A DNA stretch of 64,000 nucleotides, taken from Phycisphaerales bacterium. Its GTDB lineage: Bacteria > Planctomycetota > Phycisphaerae > Phycisphaerales > UBA1924. The translations under genes were made by a program, and so were the position numbers. The notes beneath the pieces are model-generated. The model was not told the DNA's origin, did not search any database, and was given only the letters and a program-made list of their open reading frames with translations. The stretch covers positions 1,312,001 through 1,376,000 of the forward strand of contig OZ245777.1 in NCBI GenBank assembly GCA_965227775.1, written 5' to 3'. Numbering within the stretch: the first letter of the stretch is position 1; each line of letters begins with the position of its first letter. Shown in pieces: positions 10,617 through 18,271 of this stretch.

Positions 10617-12179
10617 ATGTACGCCGCCGTGCTGGCCCGTAAATACCTGACGACCAAGGCCATCCCCCTGCTGGCGGCGCTGGCGGTCACGCTGAGCGTG
10701 GCGACCGAGCTCATCGTGTGGTCGGTCATGGGCGGGTTTCTCACGATGCTCGTCAACGAGGGCCGAAAGACCGACGGCGACCTGCGGATCACCTGGGAGC
10801 ATGTGGGCTTTGGCTACTACGACGACCTGGTCGACCGACTCGAGGCCGACCCCGCGATCGCGCACGCCACGCCCATGATCGAGACGCTGGCGATCCTCGG
10901 CATGCCCGACGACCGGCCCGTGAGCGTGCGGCTGCTGGGCGTCGACGCCTCAAGCTACGCCGATGCGACGGTCTACGAGCAGAGCCTGTACTGGCGGCCG
11001 CTGGAGCCGATCGAGGGTCCGCCGCCGGTCGACGAGAACGGCGACCCGATCTTCCAGGATCCGCGGACGCTAACGGACAACCACGAGGCGTTCGAGCAGT
11101 GGCTCGGCGAGGGCCGCACGCTGCGCAAGCTCGGGGGCGACGCGGCGATGGTCACCGGCGTCGCGGCCACGGGCTGGAACCGGCGGGTCGTGCCGGGGAA
11201 CTTCTACGTGCCGTGGTTCTCCGAGCGGCGGCTGCCGTCGGGTCGCGTGGAGCGAGACTATTCGTTCCTGCCCCAGCGCAGCGTGCGCCTGACCGTGCTG
11301 CCGCTCGGCCAGGACGGCGCGGGCGCGCTCGACCTGCGGACCATCGAGTTCCCGATCGCCAACGAGCTGGCGACGGGCAATTACGCGTACGACTCGGCCT
11401 TCGCGCTCGTACCTCTGGAGGCGCTGCAGGATCTCTTGCAGATGGGCGCGGCCCGGCGCATCGATCCGGCGAGCGATCCGTTCGCGGTCGAGATTGGCCC
11501 CGACGGCGTCGAGCGCCCGGTGCGGCCGAGGATCCTGGGCGAGAGCCCGGCCCGTGCAACCGACGTGCTCGTGCGCGCGGCCGAGGGCGTGACGAGCCTG
11601 GAGCTCCAGGAAGCCGCCGAGCGTGTGTACGCCGAGTTCGCCGATTCGAGGCGCGGCGAGGTGCCCAGCGCGGGCTCGATCTCGATCCAGACCTACGAGC
11701 AGCGCAACGCGATGTTCATCGGCGCGGTGCAGAAGGAGACGACGCTGGTGCTCTTCATCTTCGGCGTGGTCAGCCTGACGAGCGTGTTCCTGGTGCTGGC
11801 GATCTTCTGGGCGATGGTGAGCGAAAAGACGCGGGACATCGGTGTCTTGCGCGCGATCGGTGCGTCTGGCACCGGCGTCGCCGCGGTCTGGGTGGGCTAC
11901 GGCCTTGCGATCGGCATCGTGGGCAGCGCGCTCGGCGCGGGGCTCGCGGCTCTGGTCGTCACGAACATCAACCCGATCCACGAGTGGCTCGGTAAGGCCC
12001 TGGGCGTGCAGGTGTGGGACCCGAACGTCTACTACTTCACGACGATCCCGACGGACCTGGACGCGTTCAAGTTCACCGTGATCATCGCGGGCGGCATCGT
12101 GGCGAGCGTGGTTGGGGCGCTGGTGCCCGCGGCCAGAGCCGCGTGGATGGACCCAGTCAAGGCGCTGCGGTTCGATTAG
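10617..12179 (+). CDS. LolC/E-type (FtsX-like) ABC permease
   Basis: VWSVMGGF N-terminal TM; MVSEKTRDIGVLRAIGAS; VYYFTTIP; PAARAAWMDPVKALRF. Confidence 0.88.
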   Translation: MYAAVLARKYLTTKAIPLLAALAVTLSVATELIVWSVMGGFLTMLVNEGRKTDGDLRITWEHVGFGYYDDLVDRLEADPAIAHATPMIETLAILGMPDDRPVSVRLLGVDASSYADATVYEQSLYWRPLEPIEGPPPVDENGDPIFQDPRTLTDNHEAFEQWLGEGRTLRKLGGDAAMVTGVAATGWNRRVVPGNFYVPWFSERRLPSGRVERDYSFLPQRSVRLTVLPLGQDGAGALDLRTIEFPIANELATGNYAYDSAFALVPLEALQDLLQMGAARRIDPASDPFAVEIGPDGVERPVRPRILGESPARATDVLVRAAEGVTSLELQEAAERVYAEFADSRRGEVPSAGSISIQTYEQRNAMFIGAVQKETTLVLFIFGVVSLTSVFLVLAIFWAMVSEKTRDIGVLRAIGASGTGVAAVWVGYGLAIGIVGSALGAGLAALVVTNINPIHEWLGKALGVQVWDPNVYYFTTIPTDLDAFKFTVIIAGGIVASVVGALVPAARAAWMDPVKALRFD

Positions 12180-12191
12180 ATCGGAACGGCC

Positions 12192-12656
12192 ATGGCGGAC
12201 TCGCAGGTCTTTGACCCCATCGACGGCGTGTGCTTCTGGTGCGAGCCGATGCCCGCAGCCCGCTTGTCGGTTTTGCTTTGCGAGATCGCAGCGTTCCTGC
12301 AGGACAACGACCCGCACGCAGCGATCACGCGCGTCGAGGACTGGCTCGAGCACGACGGCCGGTTCGTTCGCGAAGGGCCGACGGACCTTGCCGCCGTGTT
12401 CGAGAGCGTCGGTTCGCCCCGCGACTTGCTCAGAGCCACGCCAGAGGATGAGGACGTGTATCGCGGCTTTGTCGACGTTGCTCGACGTTGGTACCTTCGC
12501 TTCCGCATCGTGTGGGACGAAGCGGGCGTCAATCTGGCAGGCGACTTCGCGCTCGCGTTAGTCGACGAGCTGGCCGAGCAGTTCTCAAACCGATTCGAGC
12601 ATCACGCCCTGCGCCACGAGCTCGCGTTCGCATACTTCGGTCGGATCACGGTGTAG
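12192..12656 (+). CDS. hypothetical protein
   Basis: 154-aa ORF with protein-like composition 12 nt after the permease; no recognised motif. Confidence 0.65.
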   Translation: MADSQVFDPIDGVCFWCEPMPAARLSVLLCEIAAFLQDNDPHAAITRVEDWLEHDGRFVREGPTDLAAVFESVGSPRDLLRATPEDEDVYRGFVDVARRWYLRFRIVWDEAGVNLAGDFALALVDELAEQFSNRFEHHALRHELAFAYFGRITV

Positions 12657-12680
12657 CACGCCCGAAACCACAAGAGGCCC

Positions 12681-12716
12681 AAACAAGAGGAAGGGCTCGC
12701 GCACGCAAGCCCTTCC
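12681..12716 (-). terminator. intrinsic terminator for the 12800-13459 gene
   Basis: GGAAGGGCT (12689-12697) / AGCCCTTCC (12708-12716) stem; minus strand continues TCTTGTTT. Confidence 0.65.
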
Positions 12717-12799
12717 CAACCTTCTCACCCTTCAACCTACATGCCCTACAGGCTTCTACCACTCGCGCCGCGAGGGCTCCGCCCGAGCACGCGAGCTTC

Positions 12800-13459
12800 T
12801 CATGCCGCTTCGGCGACGGTCTGGCCGTTGCCGCCGATGGCGAACCGGACGGTGATGGGCACGGTGCCGGGGGTGACGGTCTCGCCCTTCTTGGCGCGGA
12901 CGACGTAGCTGACCCGCTCGGTGCCGGCGGGGATGGTGCTATCGACGAAGCGCTTGCCGTCGGCGAAGGCGATGTCCTGGTAGGCCTGCTGGTTGCCGCC
13001 GGTGGGGGTGATGGCCCGGCGCACGATGTAGGTGGTGCCGGTCGAGACGCTGCCCTTCCAGGTGAGCTCGAGGCTGCCGTCGTTGAGCAGGTCGAACGCC
13101 ACGTCGCTGGCGTCGACCGGCGGGATCGCCGTCGGGTCCTTCGGCTCGGGGATCTGGGCGAGGGTGAACAGCTCGGGGTTGCCGGTCTGCTCGGCCGTCA
13201 CGCGGATCTTCTTGATGAGGTCGGCGCCCAGGTCGCGCATGGCTTGGATGGCCAGGTCCTGGTTGGCGGTCGCGGTCTTGGCCTGCTCGGCCTTGAGCTG
13301 CGCCTCGGTGTACTTCGTGCGCGCCGTTCCGGTCAGAGAGGTCAGCTGCGCGGTTTCTTCGGCGGACAAGTTGAGCGTCGCGGCGTTGGCCTCCCAGATG
13401 GGGGCGCGCTGCTCGAAGAACTCGATGTTCTCGACCTTCTTGCGAGGTTGGACTGGCAT
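12800..13459 (-). CDS. hypothetical protein: N-terminal helical/coiled-coil region plus C-terminal Fn3-like beta domain
   Basis: GGAAGG RBS before ATG 13459; Ala/Gln/Lys-rich helices, Pro linker (IPEPKDPTAIPP), then LELTW...YIVRR...FVD...VSYVVRA Fn3-like pattern. Confidence 0.75.
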   Translation of the reverse strand: MPVQPRKKVENIEFFEQRAPIWEANAATLNLSAEETAQLTSLTGTARTKYTEAQLKAEQAKTATANQDLAIQAMRDLGADLIKKIRVTAEQTGNPELFTLAQIPEPKDPTAIPPVDASDVAFDLLNDGSLELTWKGSVSTGTTYIVRRAITPTGGNQQAYQDIAFADGKRFVDSTIPAGTERVSYVVRAKKGETVTPGTVPITVRFAIGGNGQTVAEAA

Positions 13460-13622
13460 CGGAATCCCTTCCATCACGCGGAACCCGCGGCGTGTGCGCG
13501 AGCGGCGGAAAGCGTTCCCGCCGCAACGGGTTCATCGAGTGGTTCGGGGGGCGGCTTTACGGCCTTTGACGATTCTGCGGAAGATCGTCTTATCGGGCGA
13601 GAATTGCCCTGTTGCGAAGGAA

Positions 13623-14606
13623 TTAGGCCACGGATTCCATAGGAACGGGTGTAAAGGGATCGGCCTTTTCCATCAGGAATCGGTTCCGAACCTCCATGGC
13701 CTTGTCCTTGGCGCTCGACTCTCCGAGGGCCTTGAGGTCGCGCAATCTGCCTTTCGAGGTGTCATCCAACTCGAACTCGCCGGGCTTGACCGTGTGGTCG
13801 ATGTCCATGATGTTGTCCTTGCCGATGAGCAGAGATGCCATATTCATCGCGCCCGCACGATTCGCTTCCATCAGCAGATCGATCATGCGTCGATTCAGCA
13901 TGGAGGTATTCTGCCATGCACCGCCCTTGCGGGCTTTTGGATCAACCGAGAACGGCGTTCGCGTTGTCCCGATGCTGAGGACTTCAATTTCGTTGGCGGA
14001 CTTCTTGAAGTCGCTCATGGCTTCGACAACGCCGACGAGGACCGGGCTGTTGGCCCACACGCCGCCGTCGATGTAGTCCGTTCCGTCCTCGCTCTCGAAG
14101 GCACGCAAAAAGACAGGCGCGGCAGCTGTGGCCATGGCGACCTCCCACGCGGGCCTCCGCCAGTCTTTCAGGTATCGCTCGTGATGTCGAGTCTTAAAGC
14201 ACTGCGGCTGCCCCTTGGCGGCGTTGAACGTGTTTACCACCAGGCGCTTCTTCGAGTCTCCCAAGATGGCCTCGGTCCCAAGCCGCTTCTGGACCGCGTC
14301 CCTTAGACCCGTGGAATCATGAAGCGTTCGGTGTACCTGAGCCTTGCGGAACAGCTTCTTGACTTTTGATCGCCTCGGGAAGATGTCGCCACCATGCTTC
14401 AGGTAGAAGTCGCGGATCGACTTGGGCGACTGTCCTAAGCCCAACGCCAATGCGATCAGCCCACCCGTGGACGTGCCGACGATCAAGTCAAAGTAGTCGG
14501 CCACGTTCTTCCCGGTGAGTTCCTCCAGCTCGGCGAGGAAGGAGGCGGTGTACACGCCGCGGATGCCCCCGCCGCTAAGGCTGAGGATGCGAAACTTCTG
14601 GGTCAT
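13623..14606 (-). CDS. capV: CBASS patatin-like phospholipase effector (CapV-like)
   Basis: LSLSGGGIRG, FDLIVGTSTGG (GxSxG), ATAAAP, DGGVWANSP, LSIGT; ATGA-coupled to the E2 gene in a CD-NTase operon. Confidence 0.88.
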   Translation of the reverse strand: MTQKFRILSLSGGGIRGVYTASFLAELEELTGKNVADYFDLIVGTSTGGLIALALGLGQSPKSIRDFYLKHGGDIFPRRSKVKKLFRKAQVHRTLHDSTGLRDAVQKRLGTEAILGDSKKRLVVNTFNAAKGQPQCFKTRHHERYLKDWRRPAWEVAMATAAAPVFLRAFESEDGTDYIDGGVWANSPVLVGVVEAMSDFKKSANEIEVLSIGTTRTPFSVDPKARKGGAWQNTSMLNRRMIDLLMEANRAGAMNMASLLIGKDNIMDIDHTVKPGEFELDDTSKGRLRDLKALGESSAKDKAMEVRNRFLMEKADPFTPVPMESVA

Positions 14607-15061
14607 GATTCGGTCTCCAGGTGAGCTTGAGTGATCCGCCGAACGACCTCATCCGGCATGGGCGGCCCGCCGCCCTTCCAGTCGCCGGTGATGAGCCAGT
14701 CCTGGTAGTAGAAGAGCCACAACGAGGTCCAGGGCACGGTGGTGTCCGCGATTGATTGGTCCGGGCCCCATTCATCGCCCTCCGGGTTGTACAGGCAGAG
14801 TGTGCCATCCTCGTTGAGGTGCGGCGTGACCTCGCCGTGCGCCATCTTCACTGGTTCGGGATCGATGACATACACATAGGGCCGAATGCCGTAGGCGTAG
14901 TTGATGCGAACTGTGTACGAGTCGCACCATGGCTCGGGACGAAGTCGCAGCACTGCTGCGAGAGTGCGACTGTGCCCAGAGCGCTTGGTCCAGACCTTGT
15001 CGGATGGGAAGCGCGCGCGGAGTAGGCGCGCCTGATCAATAACTGAGAGTGGCTTACCCAT
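14603..15061 (-). CDS. CBASS stand-alone E2-like enzyme (short type II ancillary protein)
   Basis: YTVRINY...PYVYVIDP...PHLNEDGTLCLY...EW...TVPWTSLWLFYYQDWLITGDWKGGG; PH..LCL prokaryotic E2 signature; lies between cyclase and effector. Confidence 0.82.
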   Translation of the reverse strand: MGKPLSVIDQARLLRARFPSDKVWTKRSGHSRTLAAVLRLRPEPWCDSYTVRINYAYGIRPYVYVIDPEPVKMAHGEVTPHLNEDGTLCLYNPEGDEWGPDQSIADTTVPWTSLWLFYYQDWLITGDWKGGGPPMPDEVVRRITQAHLETES

Positions 15062-15064
15062 GAT

Positions 15065-16258
15065 CTACCCGTTGCTGTGGAACGTGTTGTCACGAACGCG
15101 CCGGCCGTGCCCGCTTGCAGAGGCGCCAGAGCCGATCGAGAGCGCGCCACCACCGCTGGCAATCAAGCGGCCATCGCCTCGGGCCTCGTTCATTTCATCC
15201 ATCAGGTCGTTGTACGCCTTGGCGACCACGCCCTGGCCGGCGAACTTGGCGAGCTTGGACTCGATGATGCTGCGCTGAGTCTCGGATTCGAGAGCCTCCA
15301 AGACCTCGGCTGCCATCTTCGAGATCATCCGCACGAACTTGTCGTAGCACGCTTGCGACATCGCGCTCGCGAAGTCCTCATCCTGATTGGTGGGATTGGG
15401 GACCGCGACGCGCCGGGCCCCAGCACTGGCGAACGCGGCTTCCATGCCACGCAGTACCTCGTACAGCCCGCGGCCCAGGTCCGTCTGGCCGGTGTACGTG
15501 TTGGCCGCCATCGTCGTGATGAGGATGGACGAGGGGATGTCGCTGTCGCCGAGGAACTCCTTGTTGCGACGGTGCTTGATGAGCTGCACGATCTTGCGCA
15601 GCGGTGCCTTTTGATGCACCGGCTCGCGGGGCGGTACGGGAGCGATCAGCGCCTTGGCTTCCCCCAGGGTCATGCCGCGTGCCACCTGGCAGCGCGTTTC
15701 GAACCAAGCCGCGTAGCCCAGGGGGTCGGTTTCCTTGTACGAACCCCGAGCCTCCTGTTGGCCCTTCCAGGTCGCCTTATCGGGAATCAGGATGCCCAGC
15801 CCGGTCCAGGATGCGGCATCTGGAGCGGCGGGGATCACGTCGAGATGCAGCAGCTCCTTCCGGAAGCTGATGCGCAGGCAGCGGCCCTTGCCCTCGACAA
15901 GGTGGCCATAGTCCGGGTGGGCGCGGAGCCGCTTCTCGATCATCGCGTAGAGCTCACCGGCATGGAGTGTGGCGGGGTCGACCTGGAGCAGGCAGACCAG
16001 ATCGATGTCGAACTCGACCTCCTCGCCGTCCTCGCGGAAGGGCTTGACGGTCGTCCGGAGCAGCATCGAGCCCTGGGGGTACACGTCGGGGTCGTGCTGG
16101 TGGAGCGGCGAGTCGGACTCGCTCAGGAAGCGGCCAACTTCCGTGTACAGCTTGACGGCCCGCTCGTACTGCTCGGCGGTGAGCTGGATGCGCCCGACGA
16201 TGCGGTCGAGCATGTCGCTGAGGGTGCCGCGTTGGGGGCGTTGGTATGTGACGGCCAT
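15065..16258 (-). CDS. cGAS/DncV-like cyclic oligonucleotide synthase (CD-NTase)
   Basis: YPQGSMLLRTTVKP, EFDIDLVC, GRCLRI, HLDVIPA, TDPLGYAAWF, PLRKIVQLIKHRR, PSSILITT, VPNPTNQDEDFA; C-terminal NTFHSNG. Confidence 0.9.
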   Translation of the reverse strand: MAVTYQRPQRGTLSDMLDRIVGRIQLTAEQYERAVKLYTEVGRFLSESDSPLHQHDPDVYPQGSMLLRTTVKPFREDGEEVEFDIDLVCLLQVDPATLHAGELYAMIEKRLRAHPDYGHLVEGKGRCLRISFRKELLHLDVIPAAPDAASWTGLGILIPDKATWKGQQEARGSYKETDPLGYAAWFETRCQVARGMTLGEAKALIAPVPPREPVHQKAPLRKIVQLIKHRRNKEFLGDSDIPSSILITTMAANTYTGQTDLGRGLYEVLRGMEAAFASAGARRVAVPNPTNQDEDFASAMSQACYDKFVRMISKMAAEVLEALESETQRSIIESKLAKFAGQGVVAKAYNDLMDEMNEARGDGRLIASGGGALSIGSGASASGHGRRVRDNTFHSNG

Positions 16259-16593
16259 AGCGTGGAGACCTCCGGGACGGTGGCTTTCGCCGGTCCTCCA
16301 CGCCAGACCCCCACGTTGAGGCCCATCGCCTTGGCCAGCCCGAGCCCCATCCCTGCGGCCCGCGGTCGCCGACAGCATCGCCAGCGAGTGCGAGGGAAGG
16401 GTGCAGACGGTGTGCCGGGGTCGGTCGCGCCATGCCAAAGCAACAAAACCGGCCTCACGCCTTGTGAGGGCCGATTCTCAGCCATGTTGGGATTCTGTTG
16501 CGCCTGCCAGAACCCGATCACGCAGCCAAAGGGCTGCCTAAATGGCAGTTCGGTGGTCCGGTAGGATTGCCCGGTCGGTGAACCCGGGTCACA

Positions 16594-16621
16594 AGGATAT
16601 CGGCCAACCGTCCACAGTCAA
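16594..16621 (-). promoter_or_regulatory. putative sigma70 promoter of the CBASS operon
   Basis: Minus strand TTGACT-N16-TATCCT, preceded by an AT-rich tract (16622-16650). Confidence 0.55.
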
Positions 16622-16769
16622 TGAACACATTAGCAACTATTTTCCCCTATCCACCGGATCAACGGATGAACGGCCCTGGGATGGACACCCTGTCTTGCCG
16701 ATCGAACGCTGCGGGACGTCGCGCTGCGACGGCGGCCGAGCGCTTGCCCATCCACGCCCGAGAACACCT

Positions 16770-17000
16770 GTGACGGTCCTTCGGGTGGCTGTACCCGTCT
16801 TTCCGCTAACGCGAACGGTCTTTCCGTCACAGCCAACGGTCCTTCCGTTAACGCTAACCGTTGTTCCGTCACAGCTAACGGTCTTTCCGTCAGCGTTGAC
16901 CGGCCTTCCATTACAGCCACCCGTCCTTCCGTCACCGCTGACGGTCCTTCCGTCACGGCCACCCGAGCTGCCGTCACCGCCGCCTGTTCAGCGGTCCCCG
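16770..17000. repeat. degenerate tandem array, 11 x 21 bp, palindromic core ACGG-N5-CCGT
   Basis: Units include cgaacggtctttccgtcacag, ccaacggtccttccgttaacg, ctaacggtctttccgtcagcg, ctgacggtccttccgtcacgg; exact 21-bp register without indels. Confidence 0.9.
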
Positions 17001-17070
17001 CCGCGTACCCCCGCGTGAGCGGCGGGCGGCGTTGACGCTCTCGGCCTCGGGGCCGGGGCCCTGTTAGGCC

Positions 17071-17099
17071 TTGCGGCCGGGTCGCGATCCTGGTATATT
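17071..17099 (+). promoter_or_regulatory. putative sigma70 promoter for the 17153 gene
   Basis: TTGCGG-N17-TATATT with extended TG. Confidence 0.5.
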
Positions 17100-17152
17100 G
17101 GTTTTGGGCGGCCCGCCGGGCGGCCCGCACGCTCGTGGAGGAGCCCAACAAG

Positions 17153-18238
17153 ATGCCCAGCCGCTCGCCGTTCACCGTCGTGGCCGCATTGGCCGCGTTC
17201 CTGATCGTCGCCTCGGTGGCCGCATCGCCGGCGCTTGGCCAGCTCGGGCCCGCTGCGGAGCGGTTCGGCCCGGTCGCGGGCCACGGCCACGAGCCCTGCG
17301 CCACGCGGCTGAGCGAGGAAACCGGCCGGCGGCACGCCGAGCGCGAGCGCTTGGGCGTGCTCGAGGCGGCGCTCAAGGCCTTCCCGCCGCGCGACGACTC
17401 GCCCACGCGGGTTCGCGTCATCTTCCACATCGTGCGCGCCACCGATCGCACGGGCGGGGTCGATCCCGCGCTCATCCCCGCCGAGCTGGACAACATCAAC
17501 ATCGCGCTCAGCCCCCCGGGCCTGCGGTTCGAGCAGGAGGGGCCCATCCGTTTCATCGACAACGACCGCTTCTTCGACGCTCCCAGCCTGGACGACCTGG
17601 ACGTCATGCGCACCCGCCACAACGTGCCGGGCGCGGTCAACCTGTTTTATATCCCCGACGTGGTCTTCTTCTGCGGCTTCGCCAGCTTCTCGGGCGACCC
17701 GATCCAGGGCATTGTCATCAACGAGGGGTGCATCAACACGAGCACCACGCCGCACGAGGTCGGCCACTACTTCGACCTGTACCACACGCACGAGACGTTC
17801 TTCGGCCTGGAGTGCCCCGACGGCGGCAACTGCGCGACGGCGGGCGACCTGATCTGCGACACGCCCGCCGACCCCGACCTGCGCGGCGACGTGGGTCGCG
17901 GCTGCACGTACATCGGGACGCACACGCGCTGCCGGCGGTTCTTCCAGCCCGACATGCGCAACCTGATGAGCTACAGCGACACCGAGTGCCGCGACAACCT
18001 GACGCCCCAGCAGTACTTCCGCGTCGTGGCCGTGCTGCTGGGCGAACGCGCCGACCACATCATCACCCGCTGCCCGGCCGACCTAGACGGCGACGGCGCG
18101 CTAACGATCTTCGACTTCCTCGAGTTCCAGAACCTCTTCGACATGGGCGACCCGGCGGCCGACTTCGACGGCGATGGCAGCCTGACGATCTTCGACTTCC
18201 TTGCGTTCCAGAACGCATTCGACGCCGGGTGCCCGTAG
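17153..18238 (+). CDS. secreted M43-like zinc metalloprotease with C-terminal GC-ending dockerin-like domain
   Basis: Signal peptide; HEVGHYFDLYHTH; GDLICDTPADP; NLMSY Met-turn; CPADLDGDG..IFDFL..FQN repeated twice, ending GCP. Confidence 0.85.
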   Translation: MPSRSPFTVVAALAAFLIVASVAASPALGQLGPAAERFGPVAGHGHEPCATRLSEETGRRHAERERLGVLEAALKAFPPRDDSPTRVRVIFHIVRATDRTGGVDPALIPAELDNINIALSPPGLRFEQEGPIRFIDNDRFFDAPSLDDLDVMRTRHNVPGAVNLFYIPDVVFFCGFASFSGDPIQGIVINEGCINTSTTPHEVGHYFDLYHTHETFFGLECPDGGNCATAGDLICDTPADPDLRGDVGRGCTYIGTHTRCRRFFQPDMRNLMSYSDTECRDNLTPQQYFRVVAVLLGERADHIITRCPADLDGDGALTIFDFLEFQNLFDMGDPAADFDGDGSLTIFDFLAFQNAFDAGCP

Positions 18239-18271
18239 GTCGCGCGGGCTCGGTCCATGCAATGATCACGC

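Noticed and set aside
16770..17000. 21-bp array as a CRISPR array
   Set aside because: Units are contiguous and degenerate with no unique spacers, and no cas genes are in the window.
12657..17100. IS/transposon or att-bounded element around the CBASS
   Set aside because: No transposase or integrase and no convincing terminal repeats. The shared GAGCGGCGG (near 13500 and 17017) is expected by chance at this GC content.
16542..17640. ORFs 16542-17018 (+) and 16630-17640 (-) crossing the array as real heptad/coiled-coil proteins
   Set aside because: Open frames follow from the 21-bp period. The heptads contain Pro and lack a/d hydrophobic spacing, and the minus ORF is largely antisense to the M43 gene. 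Not fully excluded.
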